From the NCBI RefSeq assembly GCF_964194025.1, contig NC_134474.1, positions 1 to 64,000 of the forward strand: a DNA stretch of 64,000 nucleotides. The letters are read 5' to 3'. The position numbers were made by a program, and so were the translations under genes. This DNA is from Convolutriloba macropyga (taxonomy: Eukaryota). This document shows positions 51,036 through 63,958 of this stretch, piece after piece (the first letter of the stretch is position 1; the number at the start of each line of letters is the position of its first letter). Below the pieces are notes generated by a model. That model did not search any database, was not told the origin of the DNA, and worked only from the letters and a program-made list of their open reading frames with translations.

Positions 51036-54000
51036 TTTAGTATTAATTTCTTTGATCTATACTGTTTAGGCCCCCACAGTTTTTTCTATGACCCCTGCTT
51101 ATAGAATACACAAGCTATGTGTTTTTATAGAGCACGTGACTATGTAAAAACGACAAGGTGGCGTAAAATATTAGAATCTATTCTGTTTTGGGCCCCCAGT
51201 GTTTCTACGCCTCCAATTACAATTAATATTTTGTTGTTATATAGTGCGATACTATGTAAAAAATAGCACGCGCGCCTTGGGACGCACGCCTGGGGGGGGG
51301 GTTGATGACAATGGATTGAGACCGAACACACTTTCTAATCCAAAACAACAGAGCCAAGACCTGGGTTAGACGCAATTAAATTGGACTATATTTGGATTCT
51401 TTTACAGCCTTATGGTTTAGAGGACTAAAACAACATATTTCTGCTTGCGAGGTAGACTTCCCAAACTCCGACTGAATAAACGATCAAGGAAAACGCTGAA
51501 GAAGAACTTCAATTATAACGGCGATAAACGTACAAAGCGCCTGAGTCAATGATATACATATGATATACAATTTCAGACAACTGAAAGTGAAAGAACGTCT
51601 TGCTATATGTAAATGAGAATCGAGTTTTCGTATTCTGTGGGTGCTGGAGAATGCACATAACAAATTTTCATCTGCTGCATCCTTCCGCGGTAAAAAATTT
51701 CATTCTGGTTGTAGACTGAGGCTGAATATTTGCTGAGTGAACTGAGTACTCATGTCTTGAGCGAGTGATCCACAGTTGCTCCACTGTGAGATCAAGGAAG
51801 TCGCGGGTTACAGGGTAATCTGTGAGTTAAACTTTCATTTCAATTGTAATTGAATTGTATTCAAGTGAAATTTTGGACCAGAAAAAAGATTGAAAAAGAT
51901 AAATGTTTCAAATTTTTCAGTTAAGAGTTATTCAGTAACTGGAAGAGTTGATAGAATTTGGATAGGATAGAGATAGAGTTTTAGTATTAATTTCTTTGAT
52001 CTATACTGTTTAGGCCCCCACAGTTTTTTCTATGACCCCTGCTTATAGAATACACAAGCTATGTGTTTTTATAGAGCACGTGACTATGTAAAAACGACAA
52101 GGTGGCGTAAAATTTTAGAATCTATTCTGTTTTGGTTCCCCAGTGTTTCTACGCCTCCAATTACAATTAATATTTTGTTGTTATATAGTGCGATACTATG
52201 TAAAAAATTGCACGCGCGCCTGGGGACGCACGCCTGGGGGGGGGTTGATGACAATGGATTGAGACCGAACACACTTTCTAATCCAAAACAACAGAGCCAA
52301 GACCTGGGTTAGACGCATTTAAATTGGACTATATTTGGATTCTTTTACAGCCTTATGGTTTAGAGGACTAAAACAACATATTTCTGCTTGCGAGGTAGAC
52401 TTCCCAAACTCCGACTGAATAAACGATCAAGGAAAACGCTGAAGAAGAACTTCAATTATAACGGCGATAAACGTACAAAGCGCCTGAGTCAATGATATAC
52501 ATATGATATACAATTTCAGACAACTGAAAGTGAAAGAGCGTCTTGCTATATGTAAATGAGAATCGAGTTTTCGTATTCTGTGGGTGCTGGAGAATGCACA
52601 TAACAGATTTTCATCTGCTGCATCCTTCCGCGGTAAAAAGTTTCATTCTGGTTGTAGACTGAGGATGAAAATTTGCTGAGTGAACTGATTACTCATGTCG
52701 TGAGCGAGTGATCTACAGTTGCTCAACTGTGAGATCAAGGAAGTCGCGGGTTACAGGGTATTCTGTGAGTTAAACTTTCATTTCAAATGTAATTGAATTG
52801 TATTCAAGTGAAATTTTGGACCAGAAAAAGATTGAAAAAGATAAATGTTTCCAATTTTTCATTTAAGAGTTATTCAGTAACTGGAAGAATTGATAGAATT
52901 TGGATAGGATAGAGATAGAGTTATAGTATTAATTTCTTTGATCTATACTGTTTAGGCCCCCACAGTTTTTTCTATGACCCCTGCTTATAGAATACACAAG
53001 CTATGTGTTTTTATAGAGCACGTGACTATGTAAAAACGACAAGGTGGCGTAAAATATTAGAATCTGTTCTGTTTTGGGCCCCCATTGTTTCTACGCCTCC
53101 AATTAAAATTAGTATTTTGTTGTTATATAGTGCGATACTATGTAAAAAATAGCACGCGCGCCTGGGGACGCACGCCTGGGTGGGTTGATGACAATGGATT
53201 GAGACCGAACACACTTTCTAATCCAAAACAACAGAGCCAAGACCTGGGTTAGACGCAATTAAATTGGACTATATTTGGGTTCTTTTACAGCCTTATGGTT
53301 TAGAGGACTCAAACAACATATTTCTGCTTGCGAGGTAGACTTCCCAAACTCCGACTGAATAAACGATCAATGAAAACGCTGAAGAAGAACTTCAATTATA
53401 ACTGCGATAAACGTACAAAGCGCCTGAGTCAATGATATACATATGATATACAATTTCAGACAACTGAAAGTGAAAGAGCGTCTTGCTATATGTAAATGAG
53501 AATCGAGTTTTCGTATTCTGTGGGTGCTGGAGAATGCACATAACAAATTTTCATCTGCTGCATCCTTCCGCGGTAAAAAGTTTCATTCTGGTTGTAGACT
53601 GAGGATGAAAATTTGCTGAGTGAACTGATTACTCATGTCGTGAGCGAGTGATCTACAGTTGCTCAACTGTGAGATCAAGGAAGTCGCGGGTTACAGGGTA
53701 TTCTGTGAGTTAAACTTTCATTTCAAATGTAATTGAATTGTATTCAAGTGAAATTTTGGACCAGAAAAAGATTGAAAAAGATAAATGTTTCCAATTTTTC
53801 ATTTAAGAGTTATTCAGTAACTGGAAGAATTGATAGAATTTGGATAGGATAGAGATAGAGTTATAGTATTAATTTCTTTGATCTATACTGTTTAGGACCC
53901 CACAATTTTTTCTATGACCCCTGCTTATAGAATACACAAGCTATGTGTTTTTATAGAGCACGTGACTATGTAAAAACGACAAGGTGGCGTAAAATATTAG

Positions 54001-57000
54001 AATCTGTTCTGTTTTGGGCCCCCATTGTTTCTACGCCTCCAATTACAATTAATATTTTGTTGTTATATAGTGCGATACTATGTAAAAAATAGCACGCGCG
54101 CCTGGGGACGCACGCCTGGGGGGGTTGATGACAATGGATTGAGACCGAACACACTTTCTAATCCAAAACAACAGAGCCAAGACCTGGGTTAGACGCATTT
54201 AAATTGGACTATATTTGGATTCTTTTACAGCCTTATGGTTTAGAGGACTAAAACAACATATTTCTGCTTGCGAGGTAGACTTCCCAAACTCCGACTGAAT
54301 AAACGATCAAGGAAAACGCTGAAGAAGAACTTCAATTATAACGGCGATAAACGTACAAAGCGCCTGAGTCAATGATATACATATGATATAAAATTTCAGA
54401 CAACTGAAAATGAACGAGCGTCTTGCTATATGTAAATGAGAATCGAGTTTTCGTATTCTGTGGGTGCTGGAGAATGCACATAACAAATTTTCATCTGCTG
54501 CATCCTTCCGCGGTAAAAAATTTCATTCTGGTTGTAGACTGAGGCTGAATATTTGCTGAGTGAACTGAGTACTCATGTCTTGAGCGAGTGATCTACAGTT
54601 GCTCAACTGTGAGATCAAGGAAGTCGCGGGTTACAGGGTATTCTGTGAGTTAAACTTTCATTTCAAATGTAATTGAATTGTATTCAAGTGAAATTTTGGA
54701 CCAGAAAAAGATTGAAAAAGATAAATGTTTCCAATTTTTCATTTAAGAGTTATTCAGTAACTGGAAGAATTGATAGAATTTGGATAGGATAGAGATAGAG
54801 TTATAGTATTAATTTCTTTGATCTATACTGTTTAGGCCCCCACAATTTTTTCTATGACCCCTGCTTATAGAATACACAAGCTATGTGTTTTTATAGAGCA
54901 CGTGACTATGTAAAAACGACAAGGTGGCGTAAAATATTAGAATCTGTTCTGTTTTGGGCCCCCATTGTTTCTACGCCTCCAATTACAATTAATATTTTGT
55001 TGTTATATAGTGCGATACTATGTAAAAAATAGCACGCGCGCCTGGGGACGCACACCTGGGGGGGTTGATGACAATGGATTGAGACCGAACACACTTTCTA
55101 ATCCAAAACAACAGAGCCAAGACCTGGGTTAGACGCATTTAAATTGGACTATATTTGGATTCTTTTACAGCCTTATGGTTTAGAGGACTAAAACAACATA
55201 TTTCTGCTTGCGAGGTAGACTTCCCAAACTCCGACTGAATAAACGATCAAGGAAAACGCTGAAGAAGAACTTCAATTATAACGGCGATAAACGTACAAAG
55301 CGCCTGAGTCAATGATATACATATGATATACAATTTCAGACAACTGAAAGTGAAAGAGCGTCTTGCTATATGTAAATGAGAATCGAGTTTTCGTATTCTG
55401 TGGGTGCTGGAGAATGCACATAACAGATTTTCATCTGCTGCATCCTTCCGCGGTAAAAAGTTTCATTCTGGTTGTAGACTGAGGCTGAATATTTGCTGAG
55501 TGAACTGAGTACTCATGTCTTGAGCGAGTGATCCATAGTTGCTCCACTGTGAGATCAAGGAAGTCGCGGGTTACAGGGTAATCTGTGAGTTAAACTTTCA
55601 TTTCAATTGTAATTGAAATGTATTCAAGTGAAATTTTGCACCAGAAAAAAGATTGAAAAAGATAAATGTTTCCAATTTTTCAGTTAAGAGTTATTCAGTA
55701 ACTGGAAGAATTGATAGAATTTGGATAGGATAGAGATAGAGTTTTAGTATTAATTTCTTTGATCTATACTGTTTAGGCCCCCACAGTTTTTTCTATGACC
55801 CCTGCTTATAGAATACACAAGCTACGTGTTTTTATAGAGCACGTGACTATGTAAAAACGACAAGGTGGCGTAAAATATTAGAATCTATTCTGTTTTGGGC
55901 CTCCAGTGTTTCTACGCCTTCAATTACAATTAATGTTTTGTTGTTATATAGTGCGATACTATGTAAAAAACAGCACCCGCACCTGGGGACGCAAAATTTA
56001 TTTGCACTCTAAGCTAGGGGGGGGGGGTTGACGACAATGGATTGAGACCGAACACACTTTGGTCGTTCTGATCCAAACCAACAGAGCCAAGACCTGGGTT
56101 AGACGCAATTAAGCTGGACTATATTTGGATTCTTTTACAGCCTTATGGTTTAGAGGACTAAAACAACATATTTCTGCTTGCGAGGTAGACTTCCCAAACT
56201 CCGACTGAATAAACGATCAAGGAAAACGCTGAAGAAGAACTTCAATTATAACGGCGATAAAGGTACAAAGCGCCTGAGTCAATGATATACATATGATATA
56301 CAATTTCAGACAACTGAAAGTGAAAGAGCGTCTTGCTATATATAAATGAGAATCGAGTTTTCGTATTCTGTGGGTGCTGGAGAATGCACATAACAAATTT
56401 TCATCTGCTGCATCCTTCCGCGGTAAAAAGTTTCATTCTGGTTGTAGACTGAGGCTGAATATTTGCTGAGTGAACTGAGTACTCATGTCTTGAGCGAGTG
56501 ATCCACAGTTGCTCCACTGTGAGATCAAGGAAGTCGCGGGTTACAGGGTAATCTGTGAGTTAAACTTTCATTTCAATTGTAATTGAATTGTATTCAAGTG
56601 AAATTTTGGACCAGAAAAAAGATTGAAAAAGATAAATGTTTCAAATTTTTCAGTTAAGAGTTATTCAGTAACTGGAAGAGTTGATAGAATTTGGATAGGA
56701 TAGAGATAGAGTTTTAGCATTAATTTCTTTGATCTATACTGTTTAGGCCCCCACAGTTTTTTCTATGACCCCTGCTTATAGAATACACAAGCTATGTGTT
56801 TTTTTTAGAGCACGTGACTATGTAAAAACAACAAGGTGGCGTAAAATATTAGAATCTATTCTGTTTTGGGCCCCCAGTGTTTCTACGCCTCCAATTACAA
56901 TTAATGTTTTATTGTTTTATATTGCGATACTATGTAAAAAATAGCACGCGCGCCTGGGGACGCAAAAGTTAGTTGCACTCTAAGCTAAGGGGGGTTGATG

Positions 57001-57675
57001 ACAATGGATTGAGACCGAACACACTTTGGTCGTTCTGATCCAAACCAACAGACCCAAGACCTGGGTTAGACGCAATTAAGCTGGATTATATTTGGATTCT
57101 TTTACAGCCTTATGGTTTAGAGGACTAAAACAACATATTTCTGCTTGCGAAGTAGACTTCCCAAACTCTGACTGAATAAACGATCAAGGAAAACGCTGAA
57201 GAAAAACTTCAATTATAACGGCGATAAACGTACAAAGCATCTGAGTCAATGATATACATATGATATAAAATTTCAGACAACTGAAAATGAACGAGCGTCT
57301 TGCTATATGTAAATGAGAATCGAGTTTTCGTATTCTGTGGGTGCTGGAGAATGCACATAACAAATTTTCATCTGCTGCATCCTTCCGCGGTAAAAAGTTT
57401 CATTCTGGTTGTAGACTGAGGCTGAATATTTGCTGAGTGAACTGAGTACTCATGTCTTGAGCGAGTGATCCATAGTTGCTCCACTGTGAGATCAAGGAAG
57501 TCGCGGGTTACAGGGTAATCTGTGAGTTAAACTTTCATTTCAATTGTAATTGAAATGTATTCAAGTGAAATTTTGCACCAGAAAAAAGATTGAAAAAGAT
57601 AAATGTTTCCAATTTTTCAGTTAAGAGTTATTCAGTAACTGGAAGAGTTGATAGAATTTGGATAGGATAGAGATA
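51036..57675. repeat. Tandem array of seven ~940-970-bp units (starting ~51036, 51980, 52922, 53862, 54802, 55743, 56713)
   Basis: Near-identical head-to-tail units start T.TAG(T/C)ATTAATTTCTTTGATC and end GGATAGGATAGAGATA. The same spurious ORFs recur at ~940-bp spacing. Confidence 0.98.
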
Positions 57676-60600
57676 ATATCAATACAAGAAACTTACTATC
57701 ACTTAGCAATTTTAGATGCCGTAACTTGTTGCTATGAAAACATCATGATGTCATTTGGACAGGATGTGAAGTACGCCAACCACCAGTTACAGTACTTTGC
57801 TGCCAACGAGAAGAACAAAATACTTCAAAACACAACAGTGTATAAAGAAAAAACATATTATGATTATGGAAGGCTATGGGTTGAAGACATTATCGAATTG
57901 ACCATTTTTTAATTTACAGCGTTGGTTCAATTACAACGTTTAGAAACGCGGCTCACGAAAGACTATTCTCTGAGGGAAAAGTTTTCAGAGGAAATCAGCG
58001 TGGACTTAGACAGGGGCTACATAGTCTTGGTCAAATATGCCCACAAGGCGAAAAGACGCTGGGAATTTGAGTGGTACCGACAACAACATCCGGCTGTTAA
58101 CCCGGTTAAACGACTAAACCAGGAAAGGATTATAGGGTACTAAATGGGGAAACTTATTTCTACGGTGCATCTCTTAATAATTGATTAATCGCTGTACACG
58201 GTTTACTACAAAACCTTATCTATATTTTCAAACGCTTCAGACAACATCAATTTGCCGTATCAGCTGACATCGGGGGAAAGTTTTTCCAGTTCGGAGTACC
58301 ATCACACAATGAGTCATCTTCACATTTTTTGTGGCGGTACGACAACACATGTACTGTTTTGGTACGTCAATAAACTCGCCAAATATTAGGTGCTAAGGAC
58401 AGCTTTTTAGATTGGAGGAATTGTTTCAACTTCTCCATCTAGTTGGATTCAAGCCTACTAAGTTTGTTAGCAATGTACCAGATCGGTACGAACAAGATGA
58501 TGGGTCATCGCAGTTGTCTGAATTTAAAGTAGTCACTTTGTCAAAGGAAGAGTCTTATCATCTGCTCGGGTTTTATTGGGACCACAACAACGAGGCTCTT
58601 GTTTCAGCGAGGGCATCAGAAGCCAGATCGCAAAAAGTTTAACACTGAGCCTGATGTTAGAAACTGTGTTTTAGGCGTTCAGCTCTAGTGAGCCTGTAGC
58701 ATCATTCAGAGTTGGTGCACGAGTATTACTCAAAGAAATTTGATGTGTCAGTGTATAGCATTCAGATGACAAGTTACCCAAGTAGACAATTAATATTTTC
58801 CTTGCCTGGAAAGTTGAAAATCCACAGTTGTCCACAATCACAATACTAAGAGGTTACTTTTTAGTTTCTATCAAACATCCCTAACCTTTCATATTTGATG
58901 ATATCTGACAAGACGTATTCAGTGCTTTAGTGTTTCTAAATGCTCAGAGAGCTTCTAGTTGTGGAAAAGTTAGAACAGAATTGCCATTTGTTCTGGGCTT
59001 AGGCTCAAATTGCACCTTTGAAGGCCATGACCGTTCATAAGTTGGATCTGCTAGTCAATCTGAGCTCTGCACGCTTGAAAAGTGGAATCTGTCGAACTCT
59101 GACCTTTACTGTGGACAAATTGTTCGTATAGAGAGAGGGTACCGTCGTTTTGCTGTGGATAAACTCAATCGGAAACACACCATCTTTAATTCAAATTGTG
59201 CAGTTGAAGTACTGGAAAACACTCGCTTTGACCAATGGTGCTCCATCATGAATCCCTAAATTCATGAAAGCTAAGCAATTTCCTATGATGCCAAATAACA
59301 TATCGGTCTTTGAACTCGGCATTGTTACCATTGAACAAAAGATTGACTTCATTTCATTCCATTAATCTGGTTTGATAGGTTCAGATCTTAGCAAAAATTA
59401 TTTCTTGTTAAGACCTACTTGTTCCGTTTCTTAACATCCCACCAAAGTTACCGAACCATCGACATCCAATTGCGTTAGATGCACGACACAGCTTCGTTGA
59501 ATTGTTCCTACACACTCAAAAACCATCATTAGGGCATCAGTTACCTAAGGTCAAAGGTACAAGAACGCTCATTCAATTTGACACGACAGTCACCACTGCG
59601 TTCCATCACGTGAAATTGCGTCTTGTGCAGATATTTCCGCGCAGCAGCCATTCAACCGATCATGGCACACCTCCCAATGGAGAGACTCGCTAACCAGTCT
59701 GCATTAAAACTTAAGTTCTACCTCAGAGTGATATTGGATACAGAAATGCAGTAACCTACTTCTCAATATTGAACAAAGCATACGACACATGGTATTGACT
59801 GCGACAGTCTACTTTTTTTAGGTCTGAGAGAAAAAAACCGAAAAGGCCAGTAAAAAATGACGGTAGATTTGTTTTTTGTATGCTGGGTGCCTTTTGCACT
59901 TTTAACGTCGTGATTTGAAAATGGTTTCTTTAACTTGATGTTCAGAGAGAGCTAACATATTATTCGAAAATCTATTCTTTATCAGCAAAGAAGTCCGCGC
60001 AGCAATTTTTCATCCAATCATGGCAAACATCCGAAAGGAGAGACTTTCAAAAACATGGGGATTGATTACTTTGGTTCATTTTACGCTGCTGATCGTCGGA
60101 CTACCCAGAATATGTCGGTTTTTTTTCACTTCTCTGCCTACTCATGCTGTCTATTTTGTAATTGTTCTCTCCGTTGATAGTAGTTCCTTCCTGTAATATG
60201 GGAATAGAATGGTTTGTGTCCGGCCATGATTTTGCTGCAATGATTTGTTCAGATAATGGTACGAACTTCATTGGAGCCAAAAACGAGTTGCGTGGGAAAT
60301 TCTAGAGGTGGATTATTGTTTACTTTGCAAGGGAGTTTGCGCATAAATCCATAAATAGGAGTTTCATTCCAACCAGTGCGCCAGACCAAGGTTGCATCTG
60401 AAGGTATTCGGAACCATTTTTAGGAGATTGCTGTATACCGTCACCTCACCCATGGGGTTTTCATCACCACATTTTGCCTAGTCGATTACGCATAGGCCGC
60501 AGGTCCGTTAACGCCTGTATGCGCTGATCCGCTCTACCTAGCCGCAATAAGACCTAATCACGCTTTTAATTTGTAATAAAACCACAGGAATTCCGTCAAG

Positions 60601-62430
60601 GATTGCCGTTGGCGAGTTCGAAAATCGAAAGCATTGCGGTCACAAACAGTCCTAAGACAACGATAATGGGGCACTGTGGCTAACGGAGTAGGTACCCACT
60701 ACAAACTGTAGATCTAAGTGTCAGACGCTTAGTAAGCAGCACTTCACGATTGATGATTTATACTATCACACTGCGTGGATTGAAGAACGCCGGTACGGTT
60801 CCGACAGCGTTGCACTATCCGGCTTTGTGCGCAAGTCATCCGGATCGCTCGTCCGCCCTCTCATTAAGTTTGTCCCAGTCTTCGCAACATGTTCCTCCCG
60901 GCCATAGGATATTACAGAGTATTTTGAAATAACTAAGTTCTACCGAAAAGTGATATTTACTGAGGAGAGAGTACCATACTTCTCTAAATTGAACAAAATT
61001 TTTGACACATAGTCTTGACTGCGACAATCTAGTGTTTCTAAATCTGAGAAGAAAAACATGGAAAATACCGGCAAAAACATGGCGCAATATTTGTTGCTCT
61101 TATGCTGGGTGCTTTTTGTTTTTTTAACGTCGTGATTTTAACACGTTGTCTGTACCTTGATGTTCCGAGAGAGCTAACATGTTATTCAAAAATCTATTCT
61201 TAATCAGCAAATAAGTCCGCGCAGCAATTCTTCAACCAATCATGGCAGACATCTGAAAGGAGAGACTTTCAAAAACATGGGGATTGATTACCTTGGTTCA
61301 TTTTACGTTGCTGATCGTCGGACTACCCATAACATGTCGGGTTTTTTTTCACTTGTCTGACTACTCATGCTGTCTATTTTGTAATTGTTCTCTCCGTTGA
61401 TAGTAGTTCCTGTAATATGGGAATAGAATGGTTTGTGTCCGGCCATGATTTGGCTGCAATGATTTGTTCAGATAATGGTACGAACTTCATTGGAGCCAAA
61501 AACTAGTTGCGTGGGAAATTCTAGGGGTGGATTATCGTTTACCTCGCAGGGGAATTTGCGCATAAATCCATAAATAGGAGTTTCATTCCAGCCAGTGCGC
61601 CAGACCAAGGTTGCGTCTGAAGGTGTTCGGAACCATTTTCAGGAGATTGCTGTATACCGTCACCTCACCCATGGGGTTTTCATCACCACATTTTGCCTAG
61701 TCGATTACGCATAGACCGCAGGTCCGTTAACGCCTGTATGCGCTGATCCGCTTTACCTAGACGCAATAATACCTAATCACGTTTTTAATTTGTATTAAAA
61801 CAACAGGAATTCCGTCAAGGATCGCCGTTGGCGAGTTCAACAATCGAAAGCATTGCGGTCGCACACTGTCCTGAGACAACGATAATGGGGCACTGTGGCT
61901 AACGGAGTAGGTACCCACTACAAACTGTAGATCTAAGTGTCAGACGCTTGGTAAGCAGCACTTCACGATTGATGATTTATACTATCACACTGCTTGAATT
62001 GAAGAAGGCCGGCACGGTTCCGACAGCGTTGCACTATCCGGCTTTGTGCGCAGGTCATCCGGATCGCTCGTCGGCCCTATCATTAAGTTTGTCCCAGTCT
62101 TCGCAGCAACTTCTTCCCGGCCATAGGATATTACAGAGTTTTTTGAAATAACTAGGTTCTACCGAAAAGTGATATTGACTGACGAGAGAGTACTATACTT
62201 CTCTAAATTGAACAAACTTTTTGACACATAGTCTTGACTGCGACAATCTAGTGTTTCCAAATCTGAGAAGAAAAACACGGAAAATACCGGCAAAAACATG
62301 GCGCTAGATTTGTTGCTCTTATGCTGGGTGCCTTTTGTTTTTTAACGTCGTGATATTAACAAGTTTTCTTTACCTTGATGTGACGAGAGAGCTAACATAC
62401 TATGCGAAAGTCTCCTTTTTGTCAGCTCTA
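57676..62430 (+). mobile_element. Decayed BEL/Pao LTR retrotransposon pol (RT-RNase H-integrase)
   Basis: YGRLW; LETRLTKD...LDRGYI; WYRQQHPAVNP; YGASLN; AVSADI; GFKPTKFVSN; LLGFYWD; integrase GIDYFG, SDNGTNFIGA, RPLTPV, RPNH. Many stops. LTRs not identified. Confidence 0.9.
59879..62428. repeat. ~1.22-kb tandem duplication of the BEL integrase region (2 units plus the start of a third)
   Basis: TATGCTGGGTGC unit starts at 59879, 61101 and 62320; paralogous ORFs at 60750 and 61948. Confidence 0.93.
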
Positions 62431-63159
62431 TATATATAATCCAAGATTCAAATGCTCCAATTTGTAGGCTACGAGCTACGCATTTTACACATGTATTGGA
62501 ACAGGATATTTACACATGTATTGGAACAAACATTTTGAAGCTTGCAAGGAAGTTTCTCATTACATTTGTATCTGGCTCTTACCAGACAAATAAGAGCATT
62601 TAAAATTTTATTTTACATATCTTACGCGATCAGCTCCAAATCGCTTTATTAAGTATATTATAAATATGTATCAAAACAAGGCTTTGTGTTTTAAATAATA
62701 ATATTGTTTTGGAGGCATAATTAGGATTAACTTGCAGTTTGATAAAAGAAAAATCTGCAATTGGATCCCACTTTTTTGGTTTTCAACGTATAATATTTTG
62801 TTTTTTTTTTGTTTTTAAAATATGATCTTACCATGAAGGGGGAGGGGGGGGGGGCAAAACGCTATATGACCACTAAGTGGGGTGGGGGAACGTCCTTAAT
62901 TTTTTCCCTAGTATCCTTATCAAAATGAAATTTCAGTTCTGCGCGTGGAAATTTAACATTAATTCGGTTGAGGTTTATGTTGGATCAATTTTTGGTTTCA
63001 TCCCATTGTAGGTACATCAGAGAAAGTTTGAATTTTTTCCATATGTCCTCTCAACCGGTTGAACGTGAACATGGGCGTTGCAAAAAATGTTGCAAATAGG
63101 ATTCTTTTAACCTCAATTGTCGCATATGATCATATATACAAATCAAACACACATGGAGT

Positions 63160-63500
63160 GTAACACACCGAGAAGTAAGGTGTGTGATTAAAACGCCAAT
63201 GATTGAGAGTTCAATCCCCTTCCTCCGTGAAACTGTCTGTGTGAGGATGAGCTCTTAATTAAGCATAGCTTCAGGTTGACCATAGCCTGGCCAGCTGGGC
63301 TGCAATGATGGTACCAGGTGAAAGTTTCAGACGCAAAAGTGAGAGCATAGTCAACAAAAATGAGCAATGCTGCTCAATAAGAGAACAACCTGAAATGTGG
63401 AGGATAATAAGAAAATGGACAGTTGAGATCAAGTTACTGTAGGCCTAATGGTTCCACTGTGATAACACAGGAAACACAATTATTTTTATTTTTTTTAATT
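63160..63500 (+). mobile_element. Candidate tRNA-derived SINE
   Basis: A-box-like CCGAGAAGTAAGG and B-box GAGTTCAATCCC at tRNA-like spacing, then a GC-richer body and a T/A-rich tail. No complete cloverleaf, and only one copy in the window. Confidence 0.45.
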
Positions 63501-63809
63501 GAAACCTGGCATATACAGTCGAATTGGAGCAGTTAATTTCTTTTATTTTACCTATGATAGCATATATACGATTGCTATATTTAATATAAAATTGATCGGT
63601 AATCAATCAATGTTTTGTGTTTTATACAGGTAGATTATTTTAGAGCTTGTGATTAGGATCGACTTGCATGTTGATCACAAAAAAGCTGCAGTTGGATCCC
63701 ATCTTTGATCCTTTTTTCTTTATTATTGACGTATAATATTCGGGTTTTTCTCATTGTAGCCCCCACCATCGAAAATATAGCTCCCCATTATGATGTAGTA
63801 ACTGTCATA

Positions 63810-63958
63810 GGATCGTTTCCGTTTGTGCCCCCAGTACGTTATGCTCCTCCCAGTTACAGAAGACGTGCCATTACATTATGTAAAAATATGGCACGTGCGT
63901 CTGGGGGGTGCAAATAATATGCACCCACTAAGATTGGGGGCGTAACCGGAAAAGGTCC
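63810..63958 (-). mobile_element. MITE copy
   Basis: GGATCGTTTCCGTTTGTGCCCCC ... GGGGGCGTAACCGGAAAAGGTCC. The interior is the reverse complement of the 15414 copy. Confidence 0.85.

Noticed and set aside
51140-55094. Repeated 62-63-aa minus-strand ORFs as a gene family
   Set aside because: Non-ATG starts, the frame varies with G-run length, and they overlap a MITE remnant.
56995-57041. C/D-box snoRNA (TGATGA...CTGA) in array unit 7
   Set aside because: Only ~43 nt from box C to box D. Box D is lost in units 1-5 and box C is mutated in unit 6. It overlaps the decayed MITE end.
62179-62220. Hammerhead ribozyme-like CTGACGA-stem-TAAA
   Set aside because: The required GAAA reads TAAA in both duplicate copies, and no stem III/UH or stem I could be formed.
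63165-63225. Intact tRNA gene
   Set aside because: A and B boxes are present but acceptor and anticodon stems do not form; treated as a SINE head.
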